A DNA stretch of 64,000 nt, from the NCBI GenBank assembly GCA_026416955.1, contig JAOAEE010000051.1, positions 1,592-65,591 on the forward strand, given 5' to 3'. The DNA is from Ignavibacteria bacterium. Its GTDB lineage: Bacteria > Bacteroidota > Ignavibacteria > Kapaibacteriales > UBA2268. Below the pieces are notes generated by a model. It was not told the origin of the DNA, made no database searches, and saw only the letters and a list, made by a program, of their open reading frames with translations. Both the position numbers and the translations under genes were made by a program. The number at the start of each line of letters is the position of its first letter. Position 1 is the first letter of the stretch. Below, in pieces: positions 48,651-58,268 of the stretch.

Positions 48651-50027
48651 TCAGTTTGTAAGAATAAGGATTGTTGGAGTATTGTTTTTTGAAGTGTTAA
48701 TTTTTTTAATAGAGAAAATTCCTTTACTTCGAATAATTTCATATAGCTCATCAAAAGAATAAACATTCCTTGTAGTAACTAATTCTCCAAGGATATTGTA
48801 AATAGTAATTACAATTGGATACTCTAACGAAACAAAAAAAGAAATTGTATTATTTTCAGAATTTTCGTTGTTCAAAACGATAGAGTTTGGAACTAAATTT
48901 GCATTAATAATTCTACCTTCTCTTGTAATTCCTCGACCAAAAATAGTCCTATTGTAATTTGATATACCAATGTGGATTTCGTTCAGTTGATCGTTATTTG
49001 TACTCCCTAATATTATTAGGGACTTATCTTGTGTTTCAAAAGATTTTATGAAAATATTCCTTCTAAAATTATCGCATTTATTGAAAGTTATTGAATTAAC
49101 CGATTGATTTATTTTTTCAACTTCTGCAACAAAACCAATTATTGGTTCATCGGACACAATGGAATAAGTGGTTTCTATAAAGTTATCTATTTTGACAAGT
49201 TTTTCTTCATCTATATTCTCATAGTTTGAAGTTATTGTTCTTGCTTGATGGGTTTTTCCAAAATTCAAAGGAATAATCAACATATCATTGATTGTTACTT
49301 CTCCATCTCCGTTACAGTCGGCAAAAGTGGAAGCAAGGCTATCCCAAGCAAGGCAAGACTGGGGGAACCAATTAGTTGAAGAATGAATCCTTTGAAATGA
49401 ACGGAAGTTTGGCTTATTAGGTCCGTAACCCAGAAACAATGCTACTGTGGATACGTCATTAATATTGACAACTCCGTCATTGTTAGCATCTCCGGGCCAA
49501 ACATTAACATAACCGTGAACATTGTACAAAGTTGGTTTGCTTTTGAGTTTTATTATTTTTCCGATGTTGTTTTCTGTTACAACTGCCTCGGCATCTTCGA
49601 AGTAGAATTCAACAATTGAATTGCTTGGAGCGTCGGGGGACACTGTGAACTCGAATTCAATAACTTCTGGGTTGTTTATTCCTTTCCCTCCTATGGTATC
49701 ACCATTTAAAATTCCAGAATAGATTCTTACGTAACCGTCAATAGGGTTCAACCAAGGATATACAAAAACGGAACCATTTTTGCTAAATTCATATGGTTTG
49801 AAATTCGAAAATTTTATGAACTCTGGTTGGTTATGTCGCAAAACAAATGAAACAGAAGTACAGTTTAATACATCTTTTAAAACAATTTTGAAAGAGAAAT
49901 TATAAGTTGCAGTAACAAAACTTTTTCTGGTTGAATCTACGTCAGTACGAACTATGAGAATTTCCTGTCCAAACAGGTTGGTAGAAATAAACAAAATAAC
50001 TATATATAACACCCGTTTCATATACAC
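48651..50027 (-). CDS. Secreted protein with a cohesin-like N-domain, two dockerin-type Ca-binding repeats and a sorting-domain-like C-terminus
   Basis: Signal peptide; GDANNDGVVNINDVSTVALFLG and DCNGDGEVTINDMLIIPLNFG; C-terminus VITIYNILGELV... Confidence 0.65.
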   Translation of the reverse strand: MYMKRVLYIVILFISTNLFGQEILIVRTDVDSTRKSFVTATYNFSFKIVLKDVLNCTSVSFVLRHNQPEFIKFSNFKPYEFSKNGSVFVYPWLNPIDGYVRIYSGILNGDTIGGKGINNPEVIEFEFTVSPDAPSNSIVEFYFEDAEAVVTENNIGKIIKLKSKPTLYNVHGYVNVWPGDANNDGVVNINDVSTVALFLGYGPNKPNFRSFQRIHSSTNWFPQSCLAWDSLASTFADCNGDGEVTINDMLIIPLNFGKTHQARTITSNYENIDEEKLVKIDNFIETTYSIVSDEPIIGFVAEVEKINQSVNSITFNKCDNFRRNIFIKSFETQDKSLIILGSTNNDQLNEIHIGISNYNRTIFGRGITREGRIINANLVPNSIVLNNENSENNTISFFVSLEYPIVITIYNILGELVTTRNVYSFDELYEIIRSKGIFSIKKINTSKNNTPTILILTN

Positions 50028-50094
50028 TTCAATCCTATACGATTGAAATCAAACAAATCTTGTGCCAAATAAAAAAGAAATGTACAGTTCTGAA

Positions 50095-50631
50095 TTATTT
50101 TATTTCCTGGGCAAATTCTTTTAATTCACTCATAGTGAATAAGGAGCGAAGTTCTACGCCTACTTTGGAAAGATTTTCTTTACCACCTTGTTCTCTATCA
50201 ATTACGCAAATAGCAATCTTGCAGTCGCAACCTAACATTTTCAATTCGTTTATGCTTTGAATTATTTGGCCACCGCTTGTAACAACATCTTCCACGACCA
50301 CAATTTTTCTTCCAGTAACATCTGGACCTTCTGCAAGCTTTTTTGTACCGTAATCTTTGGCTTTTTTTCTAACAAGTACCATTGGTTTGTTAGTTTCAAG
50401 AGAGATAGCAGTTGCCAGTGGTATCCCGCCAGTTTCCAATCCAGCGAGGAGTTCGAATTCATTAGGAAGTAGTTTAATAAGCCAAGAACTAATTTCACGT
50501 AGAAGTGTGGGTTGACATTCAAACTGGTATTTGTCGAAGTACTCATTACTTATTATTCCAGACCGTAGCTTGAATTCTCCTTTTAGTAGAGACACTTTGT
50601 AGATTTCTTTTCCTAACTCTTCTCGGGTCAT
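50095..50631 (-). CDS. pyrE: Orotate phosphoribosyltransferase
   Basis: PRPP-binding motif KIVVVEDVVTSGGQ; length and layout match the short PyrE type. Confidence 0.9.
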   Translation of the reverse strand: MTREELGKEIYKVSLLKGEFKLRSGIISNEYFDKYQFECQPTLLREISSWLIKLLPNEFELLAGLETGGIPLATAISLETNKPMVLVRKKAKDYGTKKLAEGPDVTGRKIVVVEDVVTSGGQIIQSINELKMLGCDCKIAICVIDREQGGKENLSKVGVELRSLFTMSELKEFAQEIK

Positions 50632-50741
50632 TATTCACCAAAATTTGAATAAAAGTATAAAATTAAACAATTAGATTAAAATAAATTTCAAGTATGGTAT
50701 TTTCTTTGCAACTGTGTTTCAATTTCCAAAATTTATTTTTC

Positions 50742-50749
50742 TAATTTTG
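50742..50749 (+). promoter_or_regulatory. TAATTTTG box upstream of the flippase-like gene
   Basis: Exact octamer ending 22 nt upstream of the ATG at 50772. Confidence 0.45.
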
Positions 50750-50771
50750 TTGAATAAGAATATTATTTTTG

Positions 50772-52256
50772 ATGAAAAGCAGAATATTAAGTTTAGCCGG
50801 GGATACTCTGACATACGGAATTTTTATTTTGATTGGGAGGTTCTTGACCTTTCTATTGACTCCTTTTTATACGAATTTTTTGACTGTGGAGGAAGTAGGT
50901 GATGTTGGTAACTTTTTTGCCCTTATTGCTTTTGTCAACGTTATTTATTCTTTCGGAATGGATGCAGCCTATTTCCGTTTTTATCACAAAGATGATATAG
51001 AACAATGTAAAGTTGCTTTTTCCTATTCATATTTAGCAATTGCTTGCATTTCTTTTATTTTCACGATAGGTCTTTTGTTTTTTTCAGGGAATTTTGCTCA
51101 TTATTTGACAAATCTTCCAGATAAAGTGACTATTGTTCGACTTGCCGTTCTTGTTCCTTTTACTGATTGTCTTATGGTTGTACCTTATGCCTATTTACGA
51201 ATGACACGGCAGGTTGGGAAATTTTCTATAATTAGGTTTTTGTTAATAGTTGTTGCAGTTGCTTTAAATATTTATTTTGTTGTAATACAACGTGTTGGAA
51301 TTAAAGGTGTATTCTATGCACAGTTAATTGCAAATCTAGTTGGTTTAGCTATCTTTTTGCCAATTATATTAAGGCAATTTTTACTGAAATGGAATTATAA
51401 GTTATTTAAAGAAATGTTGTTTTTTGGTTTACCTACTGTTCCAGCAACATTTTCTGGAATGATACTTCAAGTTGTCGACAGACCCATTTTGAAATATTTA
51501 ACGGATTCTCAACAAGTTGGCATTTATATGGTTAATTATAGGCTTGCAATTCCTATGATGCTATTTGTTGCAATGTACGATTATGCTTGGCGACCTTTTT
51601 ATTTAACACACTACGAAAGTATGGATTCAAAAGAACTTTTTGCAAGAATTTTCAAATACTTTGTTTACTTTTCGAGTATTATTTTCTTACTAAATTCTTT
51701 TTTTATTGAATACTTTATTAGAATACCTTTTTTTGGTGGTTATTTTATAGAACCGTCCTATTGGGTTGGATTGGATATTGTTCCAATTGTAATGCTTGGC
51801 TATGTTTTTAATGGGTATTATATTAATTTTACTGCTGGGATAAACATTCAGAAAAAAACAAAATATCTTCCAATAGCAGTGGGAATTTCGGCATTGACAA
51901 ATGTAGTATTAAATCTTATTCTTATTCCTTTTATTAGTTTTCGTGGTGCAGCGTGGGCAACTCTTGTTGCTTATTTTATTTCAGCCGCTGTCATTTATTA
52001 TTATTCGCAAAAAGTATATCCAATTAAATACGAATGGAAAAAGATATCTTTAATTTTCTTTCTAATGCTTTTTGTTTTTCTTGTAACAGAATTTTTTACG
52101 TTTGGTAATAAACTTGAAATAAGATTTTTATATAAGCTTCTCGCATTAATAATATTTATCATTTTGCCATTTGTTTTAAATATTTTTAATCGAAACGAAA
52201 AAGACGTATTTACAAATTTCTTTAAAACCTTATTTTTAATAAAGAAAAATAAGTAA
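50772..52256 (+). CDS. Polysaccharide/oligosaccharide flippase (MOP superfamily, Wzx-like)
   Basis: About 14 TM segments. The N-terminal LAGDTLTYGIFILIGRFLTFLLTPFYTNFL pattern is typical of polysaccharide biosynthesis (PST) proteins. Confidence 0.7.
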   Translation: MKSRILSLAGDTLTYGIFILIGRFLTFLLTPFYTNFLTVEEVGDVGNFFALIAFVNVIYSFGMDAAYFRFYHKDDIEQCKVAFSYSYLAIACISFIFTIGLLFFSGNFAHYLTNLPDKVTIVRLAVLVPFTDCLMVVPYAYLRMTRQVGKFSIIRFLLIVVAVALNIYFVVIQRVGIKGVFYAQLIANLVGLAIFLPIILRQFLLKWNYKLFKEMLFFGLPTVPATFSGMILQVVDRPILKYLTDSQQVGIYMVNYRLAIPMMLFVAMYDYAWRPFYLTHYESMDSKELFARIFKYFVYFSSIIFLLNSFFIEYFIRIPFFGGYFIEPSYWVGLDIVPIVMLGYVFNGYYINFTAGINIQKKTKYLPIAVGISALTNVVLNLILIPFISFRGAAWATLVAYFISAAVIYYYSQKVYPIKYEWKKISLIFFLMLFVFLVTEFFTFGNKLEIRFLYKLLALIIFIILPFVLNIFNRNEKDVFTNFFKTLFLIKKNK

Positions 52257-52273
52257 TCTCTTGAAATATTTGA

Positions 52274-53455
52274 CTATTCCGTTCTCGAAGCAAGTGGGTC
52301 TGCAGTTCCATCTGGGTCGTTGGAGACATATCCCCGAGAATAAATGGAACCGTTGTTTGCAAGTAAGATACCAGCAACGTGCGGAGCAGCCATCGATGTT
52401 CCACTCATTGTTGCATATCGGCCATTTCGATAAGTCGAATATATATTAACACCCGGTGCACAATAGTCGACTGGGGGATTTCCGTAGTTTGAAAATGATG
52501 CAAATACATTACTACTATTATGAGCAGAGACGGTGTATATATTTGTTCCGTTAACTCTTGCGGGAGAGTAATTTCCAGCATTTGCAGAAGAATTACCCGC
52601 AGCAATAACAACAATCAAACCAGCTTGGGCACATCCAGTTACAGCATTATCTAATGAGGTGGATGGGCTACCACCTAAACTTAAATTTACAACATCGTTG
52701 GTATTTCCATTTTGAGCAACATAGTCCAATCCGGCAACAATGTCGGAGACATAACCACTCCCATTGCTTGAGAGCACTTTTACTGCAACAACTTGTGCAC
52801 CAGCGCAAACCCCAACAACTCCGATATTATTATTTCGAGCAGCAATTATTCCAGCAACGTGGGTCCCGTGGCCATTACCATCATTTGCATTTCGGGAGTC
52901 ATTCCCACTACGGACAAAGGTTCGAGAAAGATTAGTATTTACGTTTAAATCGGAATGGGTTAAATCAATTCCGGTGTCGAGTATCCAAGCAATTCTGGTA
53001 ATATTCGAGCCATTTACGTAACCACCAACAGCAGTGATACCCCAAGGTGTGGTTTGAGCCAAAGTTTTGTCTGCTTTAGGATTTTCTTCGATGACCTCAA
53101 AAGGAGGCAAACTTACGATTTGGTCCTTTTCGATTAATTTGACTTCGGGTTGTTTAGACAATCTTTGGACAAGTTCGTTGCTTAAGTAAGCAGCAAAGCC
53201 AACTACTGCTTTTTTATAGATATATGTTACGTTGGAGGATGGAATATTATTTCTTTGAATAAAAGCTCTTACAAAGTAATCTACATTAGATGCAGAGAGA
53301 GAATTATCCGCTTTGCTTGTGTTTAGAAGAACAATGTAATGCTCGGAAGTGTTGTTGTTGAACGTGCTTGGAGAAGACGCTTCCCTACCACAAGAAACAA
53401 GAAAAGTGTAGACAAAGAGAATTAATATAATTTGGAAAAAATTTAAAGATTTCAT
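52274..53455 (-). CDS. S8 (subtilisin-family) serine peptidase lipoprotein with an I9-like propeptide
   Basis: Lipobox FLVSCG and the catalytic triad motifs LDTGIDLTHSDL, HGTHVAGII and GTSMAAPHVAG. Confidence 0.9.
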   Translation of the reverse strand: MKSLNFFQIILILFVYTFLVSCGREASSPSTFNNNTSEHYIVLLNTSKADNSLSASNVDYFVRAFIQRNNIPSSNVTYIYKKAVVGFAAYLSNELVQRLSKQPEVKLIEKDQIVSLPPFEVIEENPKADKTLAQTTPWGITAVGGYVNGSNITRIAWILDTGIDLTHSDLNVNTNLSRTFVRSGNDSRNANDGNGHGTHVAGIIAARNNNIGVVGVCAGAQVVAVKVLSSNGSGYVSDIVAGLDYVAQNGNTNDVVNLSLGGSPSTSLDNAVTGCAQAGLIVVIAAGNSSANAGNYSPARVNGTNIYTVSAHNSSNVFASFSNYGNPPVDYCAPGVNIYSTYRNGRYATMSGTSMAAPHVAGILLANNGSIYSRGYVSNDPDGTADPLASRTE

Positions 53456-53487
53456 AAAACCTCCAAGAAAAGGTTAAGTATAAATAT

Positions 53488-53495
53488 CAAATATA
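53488..53495 (-). promoter_or_regulatory. TATATTTG box (TAnnTTTG-type, - strand) upstream of the S8 peptidase gene
   Basis: The + strand reads caaatata. The box ends 32 nt upstream of the ATG at 53455. It matches the degenerate consensus only. Confidence 0.25.
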
Positions 53496-53702
53496 TAAAA
53501 CAAAATTTTTTTAAACAAATCAAAATATTTTTTTAAGTTAAATTTAGTTTATTAAACTTGAAAATTTAGAAACTTTTCGAAAATATTACATATTATGAAT
53601 ATATTTGGAAAGTTTATTCTCACTATCAAATATTGTTGAAATTCTTTAATCATATTTTTACACTTAGTTCTTATGCAATCAAATCAATTGGATAATTTTA
53701 AA

Positions 53703-53710
53703 TAATTTTG
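53703..53710 (+). promoter_or_regulatory. TAATTTTG box upstream of guaA
   Basis: Exact octamer ending 14 nt upstream of the guaA ATG, which implies a very short leader. Confidence 0.4.
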
Positions 53711-53724
53711 ATTTTTTTGTTATT

Positions 53725-55257
53725 ATGAATGAAAAAATTATTATTCTGGACTTTGGTTCTCAATATACTCAATTAATTGCAAGGAAAGTTCGTGAATGTG
53801 GGGTTTTTGCAGAAATTCATCCCTACAATTTATCAATCCAAAAAATCAAAGAGTTGTCTCCGAAAGGATTAATTTTTTCTGGTGGGCCTGCAAGTGTGTA
53901 TGAATTTGATTCTCCAAAACCACCAAAGGAAATTTTTGATTTAGGAATTCCAATTTTAGGTATTTGTTATGGATTACAGGTAATAACCCATCAATTTGGT
54001 GGAAAAGTCGACAAAGCGGCTCGAAGAGAATTTGGTAGAGCAAATTTCAAAGTGCTAAAACACAATAAAATATTTGATAAAATTCCAGATAGTTCTGTTG
54101 TCTGGATGAGTCACGGAGATAGAGTTGAAGAAGTCCCCCAAGAGTTCGAAATTATTGGCGAAACTGAAAGCTCTGTATCTGCTATTGTTCATCCTTTGAA
54201 GAAGATATATGGATTACAATTTCATCCCGAGGTGCATCACACCGAATATGGTAAACAAATTTTGGAAAATTTTGTTCGAAGAATTTGCAATTGCAAAGAT
54301 GAATGGAATACGAAATCTTTTATTGATACTCAAATTGAAAATATTCAGCGTACCGTTGGCAATGAAGAAGTAATCCTTGCCTTAAGTGGTGGTGTGGATT
54401 CTACTGTTTGTGCAGTTCTTCTTCATAAAGCAATTGGCAAGCAACTTCATTGCGTTCATATCGATACCGGTTTGATGCGTTACAAAGAAAGCGACATTGT
54501 TGTGAACTTGTTTAAACAGAGTTTCCAAATTCCCATTACACTTATAAATGCAGAAGATGTTTTTCTTTCGAATTTAAAAGGGGTTACAGACCCAGAAGAA
54601 AAAAGAAAAATTATCGGAAAAACTTTCATTGAAATTTTTGAACAAGAAGCGAAAAAATTTCCAAAAGTAAAATGGTTGGCACAAGGAACTCTTTATCCAG
54701 ATGTGATTGAATCCACCAATGTCAAAGGACCTTCTGCAACAATAAAATCCCACCACAATGTTGGAGGATTGCCAGAGAAAATGAATTTGAAAATCATCGA
54801 GCCATTTAGAGAATTGTTCAAAGATGAGGTCAGAAAAGTTGGATTGGAATTGGGGGTACCTAGTTGGTTTATCGAACGACATCCCTTTCCCGGGCCTGGC
54901 TTAGCAATTAGAATCATAGGCGAAGTTACCAAAGAAAGACTTGAAATTTTGCGAATTGTAGACCAATTATTTATTGAAGAAATTCAAAAAGCTAACCTAT
55001 ATAATCAGATTTGGCAAGCATTTGCTGTTTTACTACCAATTAAAACTGTTGGAGTAATGGGCGATGAAAGAACTTACGAGAATGTTTGCGCTTTGCGCTC
55101 AGTAACAAGTATTGATGGTATGACTGCGGATTGGTTTAAATTCCCTTATGATGTTCTGGAAAGAATTTCGAATAGAATTATTAACGAAGTCAAAGGAATC
55201 AATAGAGTTGTTTACGATATTACAAGTAAACCTCCGGGAACAATAGAGTGGGAGTAA
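53725..55257 (+). CDS. guaA: GMP synthase (glutamine-hydrolysing)
   Basis: GATase motif GICYGLQ, ATP-PPase motif SGGVDSTV, and the C-terminal dimerisation domain ending PPGTIEWE. Confidence 0.97.
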   Translation: MNEKIIILDFGSQYTQLIARKVRECGVFAEIHPYNLSIQKIKELSPKGLIFSGGPASVYEFDSPKPPKEIFDLGIPILGICYGLQVITHQFGGKVDKAARREFGRANFKVLKHNKIFDKIPDSSVVWMSHGDRVEEVPQEFEIIGETESSVSAIVHPLKKIYGLQFHPEVHHTEYGKQILENFVRRICNCKDEWNTKSFIDTQIENIQRTVGNEEVILALSGGVDSTVCAVLLHKAIGKQLHCVHIDTGLMRYKESDIVVNLFKQSFQIPITLINAEDVFLSNLKGVTDPEEKRKIIGKTFIEIFEQEAKKFPKVKWLAQGTLYPDVIESTNVKGPSATIKSHHNVGGLPEKMNLKIIEPFRELFKDEVRKVGLELGVPSWFIERHPFPGPGLAIRIIGEVTKERLEILRIVDQLFIEEIQKANLYNQIWQAFAVLLPIKTVGVMGDERTYENVCALRSVTSIDGMTADWFKFPYDVLERISNRIINEVKGINRVVYDITSKPPGTIEWE

Positions 55258-55258
55258 A

Positions 55259-55981
55259 TTATTCAATTTCGAAGGCTTTTTTCCTTTTCAATTGTGCTTG
55301 TCTTCGAGGTTTTAATTCCTTTCTTTCAATTAATTTCTTTAGAATGATTAGAATATCATAAAAAGTTTTGTAATTGTAATGAGGTATTCTATATTTATTG
55401 CAATAACTACTTAAGATACCTTTGGCAAATACTATGTCTGCGTATTCGACCATACAAAAATCAGAGTAACCATCACCAACGTAAATTAATACTTCGTCTT
55501 CACTTAGAAGGGAAAGTGCGATGTTTCGCTTACAAGAACCCACATTGTAACAAAAACAAGACTCGCTGGCAAAATTATAGATTGGGGTGAAGAACCTTCC
55601 AGTTTTATTGATGCTATTAGCATAAAATGTAATAGAAGAAAGATTTAGTTTTTCCAATATTGTTTTAATATAGAAATCGAAACCATCACTTAATATTACA
55701 AAGGGGATTGAATTTTGTTGGCAAAAACTTACAAAATTTGGGAAAAATTTGTCAACTTCGGCATTTTCAGCTACAAAACTAATTATTTGGTCTAATGTTA
55801 AGTTTTCGGGAAAAGTTTGAAATGTTTTAACCCAAAAGTCTTTTAAAGGTAGTTTACCAGAAGCAAGCTCAGAAAGGTATGGTTCTAATTTCCCAAATTT
55901 TCGAATTATGTCGATGCAAACATCACTAATAGTAATCGTCCCGTCAAAATCAGAAAATATATGTGGTTTCCAGACTTTCAA
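55259..55981 (-). CDS. HAD-superfamily phosphatase, subfamily IB (MtnX-like)
   Basis: Motif I FSDFDGTIT and motif IV YVGDGYSDF. Confidence 0.7.
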   Translation of the reverse strand: MKVWKPHIFSDFDGTITISDVCIDIIRKFGKLEPYLSELASGKLPLKDFWVKTFQTFPENLTLDQIISFVAENAEVDKFFPNFVSFCQQNSIPFVILSDGFDFYIKTILEKLNLSSITFYANSINKTGRFFTPIYNFASESCFCYNVGSCKRNIALSLLSEDEVLIYVGDGYSDFCMVEYADIVFAKGILSSYCNKYRIPHYNYKTFYDILIILKKLIERKELKPRRQAQLKRKKAFEIE

Positions 55982-55985
55982 CTTG

Positions 55986-56795
55986 TTAATTTAATTTTGC
56001 ACCTAATGGACCTCTTAATCCTCTATAGGAAACTAAATCGGCAGTAACATAACCAATTAATATTTTGGTTGCGACTTTTACTGGCATTTTCCTATCGTCG
56101 TCTGTGAGCCAGACATAAATTGAACCTTCGCTTTTAAATAAACCTCCTTCGACCACAAGTGGCTCTACAACAACGCATCGGAACTTCCCAGCTTCTACTT
56201 CGACAACTTGTTTCCCAAGTATTTTCACACCAAGTTTGTAAGTTGAATCTTTAAAAAAGTTGTAAAGGTAAAAAACAGTATCTTTAGGCATTTTATTCAC
56301 TGGTAAAGTGCGAACGTAATAGAAAGCAGAAACAATATCGTGGACATATGGGGGGACCTTGTATTTTTTACCTTCTGCATAAGCAAAATTGTTTTCTTGG
56401 TCAAAAACTGCTTTGAAATCTCTTTTATAATTGCCTTCGCGAATATGTTGTTCAAATTCCCAAGGGAATATTCCTTCTACATCTAACACAGTACTATACC
56501 AATCCCTTACACGGTAAATCCATTCAAGGGATTTAAGTGAATTCACTTGAAATCGAATATCGTAGCATTCTCTTCCATTTCTATAAATAGGTTTTGGTAG
56601 AATATGAAGATAACCTTCTCCAGCAACAATAAATCCATATCTAACTTTATAATCCAGTCGTTCACCATAACCAAAAGCTGAGTTTGGATGGTACCGAAAT
56701 TGATTTTTTGAAATTAACAAAGTATTTAAACAAAATATCAATGAAGAAAAAATTAGAAGTTTCTTTATTTTATCAAGAATTTTCATTTTACCCAA
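55986..56795 (-). CDS. DUF3108 domain-containing secreted protein
   Basis: Signal peptide; GERLDYKVRYGFIVAGEG...; a late W.TDD..K.PV pattern (VWLTDDDRKMPVKV). It overlaps the nuoN stop, or starts 1 nt after it if MKILDK is the start. Confidence 0.6.
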   Translation of the reverse strand: MGKMKILDKIKKLLIFSSLIFCLNTLLISKNQFRYHPNSAFGYGERLDYKVRYGFIVAGEGYLHILPKPIYRNGRECYDIRFQVNSLKSLEWIYRVRDWYSTVLDVEGIFPWEFEQHIREGNYKRDFKAVFDQENNFAYAEGKKYKVPPYVHDIVSAFYYVRTLPVNKMPKDTVFYLYNFFKDSTYKLGVKILGKQVVEVEAGKFRCVVVEPLVVEGGLFKSEGSIYVWLTDDDRKMPVKVATKILIGYVTADLVSYRGLRGPLGAKLN

Positions 56796-58257
56796 GCAAG
56801 GAATATGTAAAATCTAAAATAAATTGAGGAACAATTCCGAAAACAATTGTTAAAGCAAGACAAATCACCACTGCAACAAATGGCAATCCTAATCTTGGCT
56901 GGATACCCTCTTTAAATTCTTTAAAATACATAGCAAGAATTAAACCAATATAGTAATACATAGAAATAATAGACGAAATGATAGCAACTATGGTAAGCCA
57001 AAGGTAACCAGATTTAATTGCCGATACAAAAAGAAAATACTTTCCAAAAAATCCAGCAAAAGGTGGTATTCCAGCAAGGGATAACATAAAGACAGACATT
57101 GTTCCGGCTAAAAATGGATGTTTTTTGGAAAATCCATAATAGTCTTCCAAAGAATTGAAATCATTTTCTTCTTTTTCACAAAGTGATAAAATTGTAAAGG
57201 CACCAAATTGCATAAACAAATAGGCAAGTGAATAAAAAGCGATTGCATTCCAGCCTTCGGGATTGTTGGCAACAATACCCATAAGCAAGTATCCAGCGTG
57301 AGCGACGCTTGAATAAGCAAGCATTCGTTTGACATTTTTCTGAACCAATGCTATGAAATTACCAATGAGCATAGTAGCGGCGGATATTATTGACAGAATT
57401 TCTTGAATATTAAAAGCAATAGATTTAGTTGCTTCTAAATTTGCAAAAGGTAAGTTAAGATTTCTTGCAATCAATAAAAGTGCAAAAACTGCCGAAGCTT
57501 TTCCAGCAGTGCTCATAAAAGCAGAAATAGTTGTTGGTGCTCCAGTATAAACGTCGGGTGCCCATTGATGAAATGGAAAAGCGGCAATTTTGAAAGCTAA
57601 GCCTATAAAAACTAAAGTAATGCCAATAGTTAAATATGTTTTATTTATTTCTCCAGATTGAACAATGTTTGCAAAGTTGGTGAAGTCCAAAGATTTTGCA
57701 GTTCCATACAAGAAAGCGATTCCGTAAACTAAAAAACCGGTTGCAAAAGCACCAAGAAGGAAATATTTTATACCTGCTTCAACACTTTGAAGCGATCTTC
57801 GAAAGAAGCCTGCGAGAACATAGAAGCTTAAGGACATCGTTTCGACGCCTAAAAATAATGTGATAAAATTGTTGGAATGTGAAATAATAATCATTCCAAA
57901 AGTTGCAATGAGAATAAGTGTGTAAAATTCATTAAGTTCTTTATATCTAACTCTTTGATATTCTCGGGAAGAAAGAATAGACAAAAACGCAGCAAGGATA
58001 AAAAGTAAATCAAAAAAATATGACAATCCATTAAAGGATAGCAAACCCTTTGTTACAAAGTTTTTATAATTAGAAGAAATTCCAAAATCTATATATTGTA
58101 AAGAAATAAAAACTGACAAGAAACAAAGAAGCAACGATATTAGGCTTCCCCAAAAATTGATATTTTTATTTTTCCATAATCCATCAAATACAAGGAATAA
58201 GATTATAGAAATGCTTAAAATAATATGGGGTAATGTGAGGAAAATTTCTTCTATCAT
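56788..58257 (-). CDS. nuoN: NADH-quinone oxidoreductase subunit N
   Basis: Antiporter-like subunit of about 14 TM segments. It is third in the L-M-N order, and its length and conserved APDVY.GAPT motif are typical. Confidence 0.9.
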   Translation of the reverse strand: MIEEIFLTLPHIILSISIILFLVFDGLWKNKNINFWGSLISLLLCFLSVFISLQYIDFGISSNYKNFVTKGLLSFNGLSYFFDLLFILAAFLSILSSREYQRVRYKELNEFYTLILIATFGMIIISHSNNFITLFLGVETMSLSFYVLAGFFRRSLQSVEAGIKYFLLGAFATGFLVYGIAFLYGTAKSLDFTNFANIVQSGEINKTYLTIGITLVFIGLAFKIAAFPFHQWAPDVYTGAPTTISAFMSTAGKASAVFALLLIARNLNLPFANLEATKSIAFNIQEILSIISAATMLIGNFIALVQKNVKRMLAYSSVAHAGYLLMGIVANNPEGWNAIAFYSLAYLFMQFGAFTILSLCEKEENDFNSLEDYYGFSKKHPFLAGTMSVFMLSLAGIPPFAGFFGKYFLFVSAIKSGYLWLTIVAIISSIISMYYYIGLILAMYFKEFKEGIQPRLGLPFVAVVICLALTIVFGIVPQFILDFTYSLLG

Positions 58258-58268
58258 AATTATTATCC

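Noticed and set aside
53456-53724. Looked for a purine riboswitch or other leader RNA upstream of guaA, and likewise upstream of ade, purH, pyrE and lysS.
   Set aside because: The spacers lack the conserved G/C-containing cores of purine riboswitches, T-boxes or L-boxes. The guaA leader implied by the promoter box is only a few nucleotides long.
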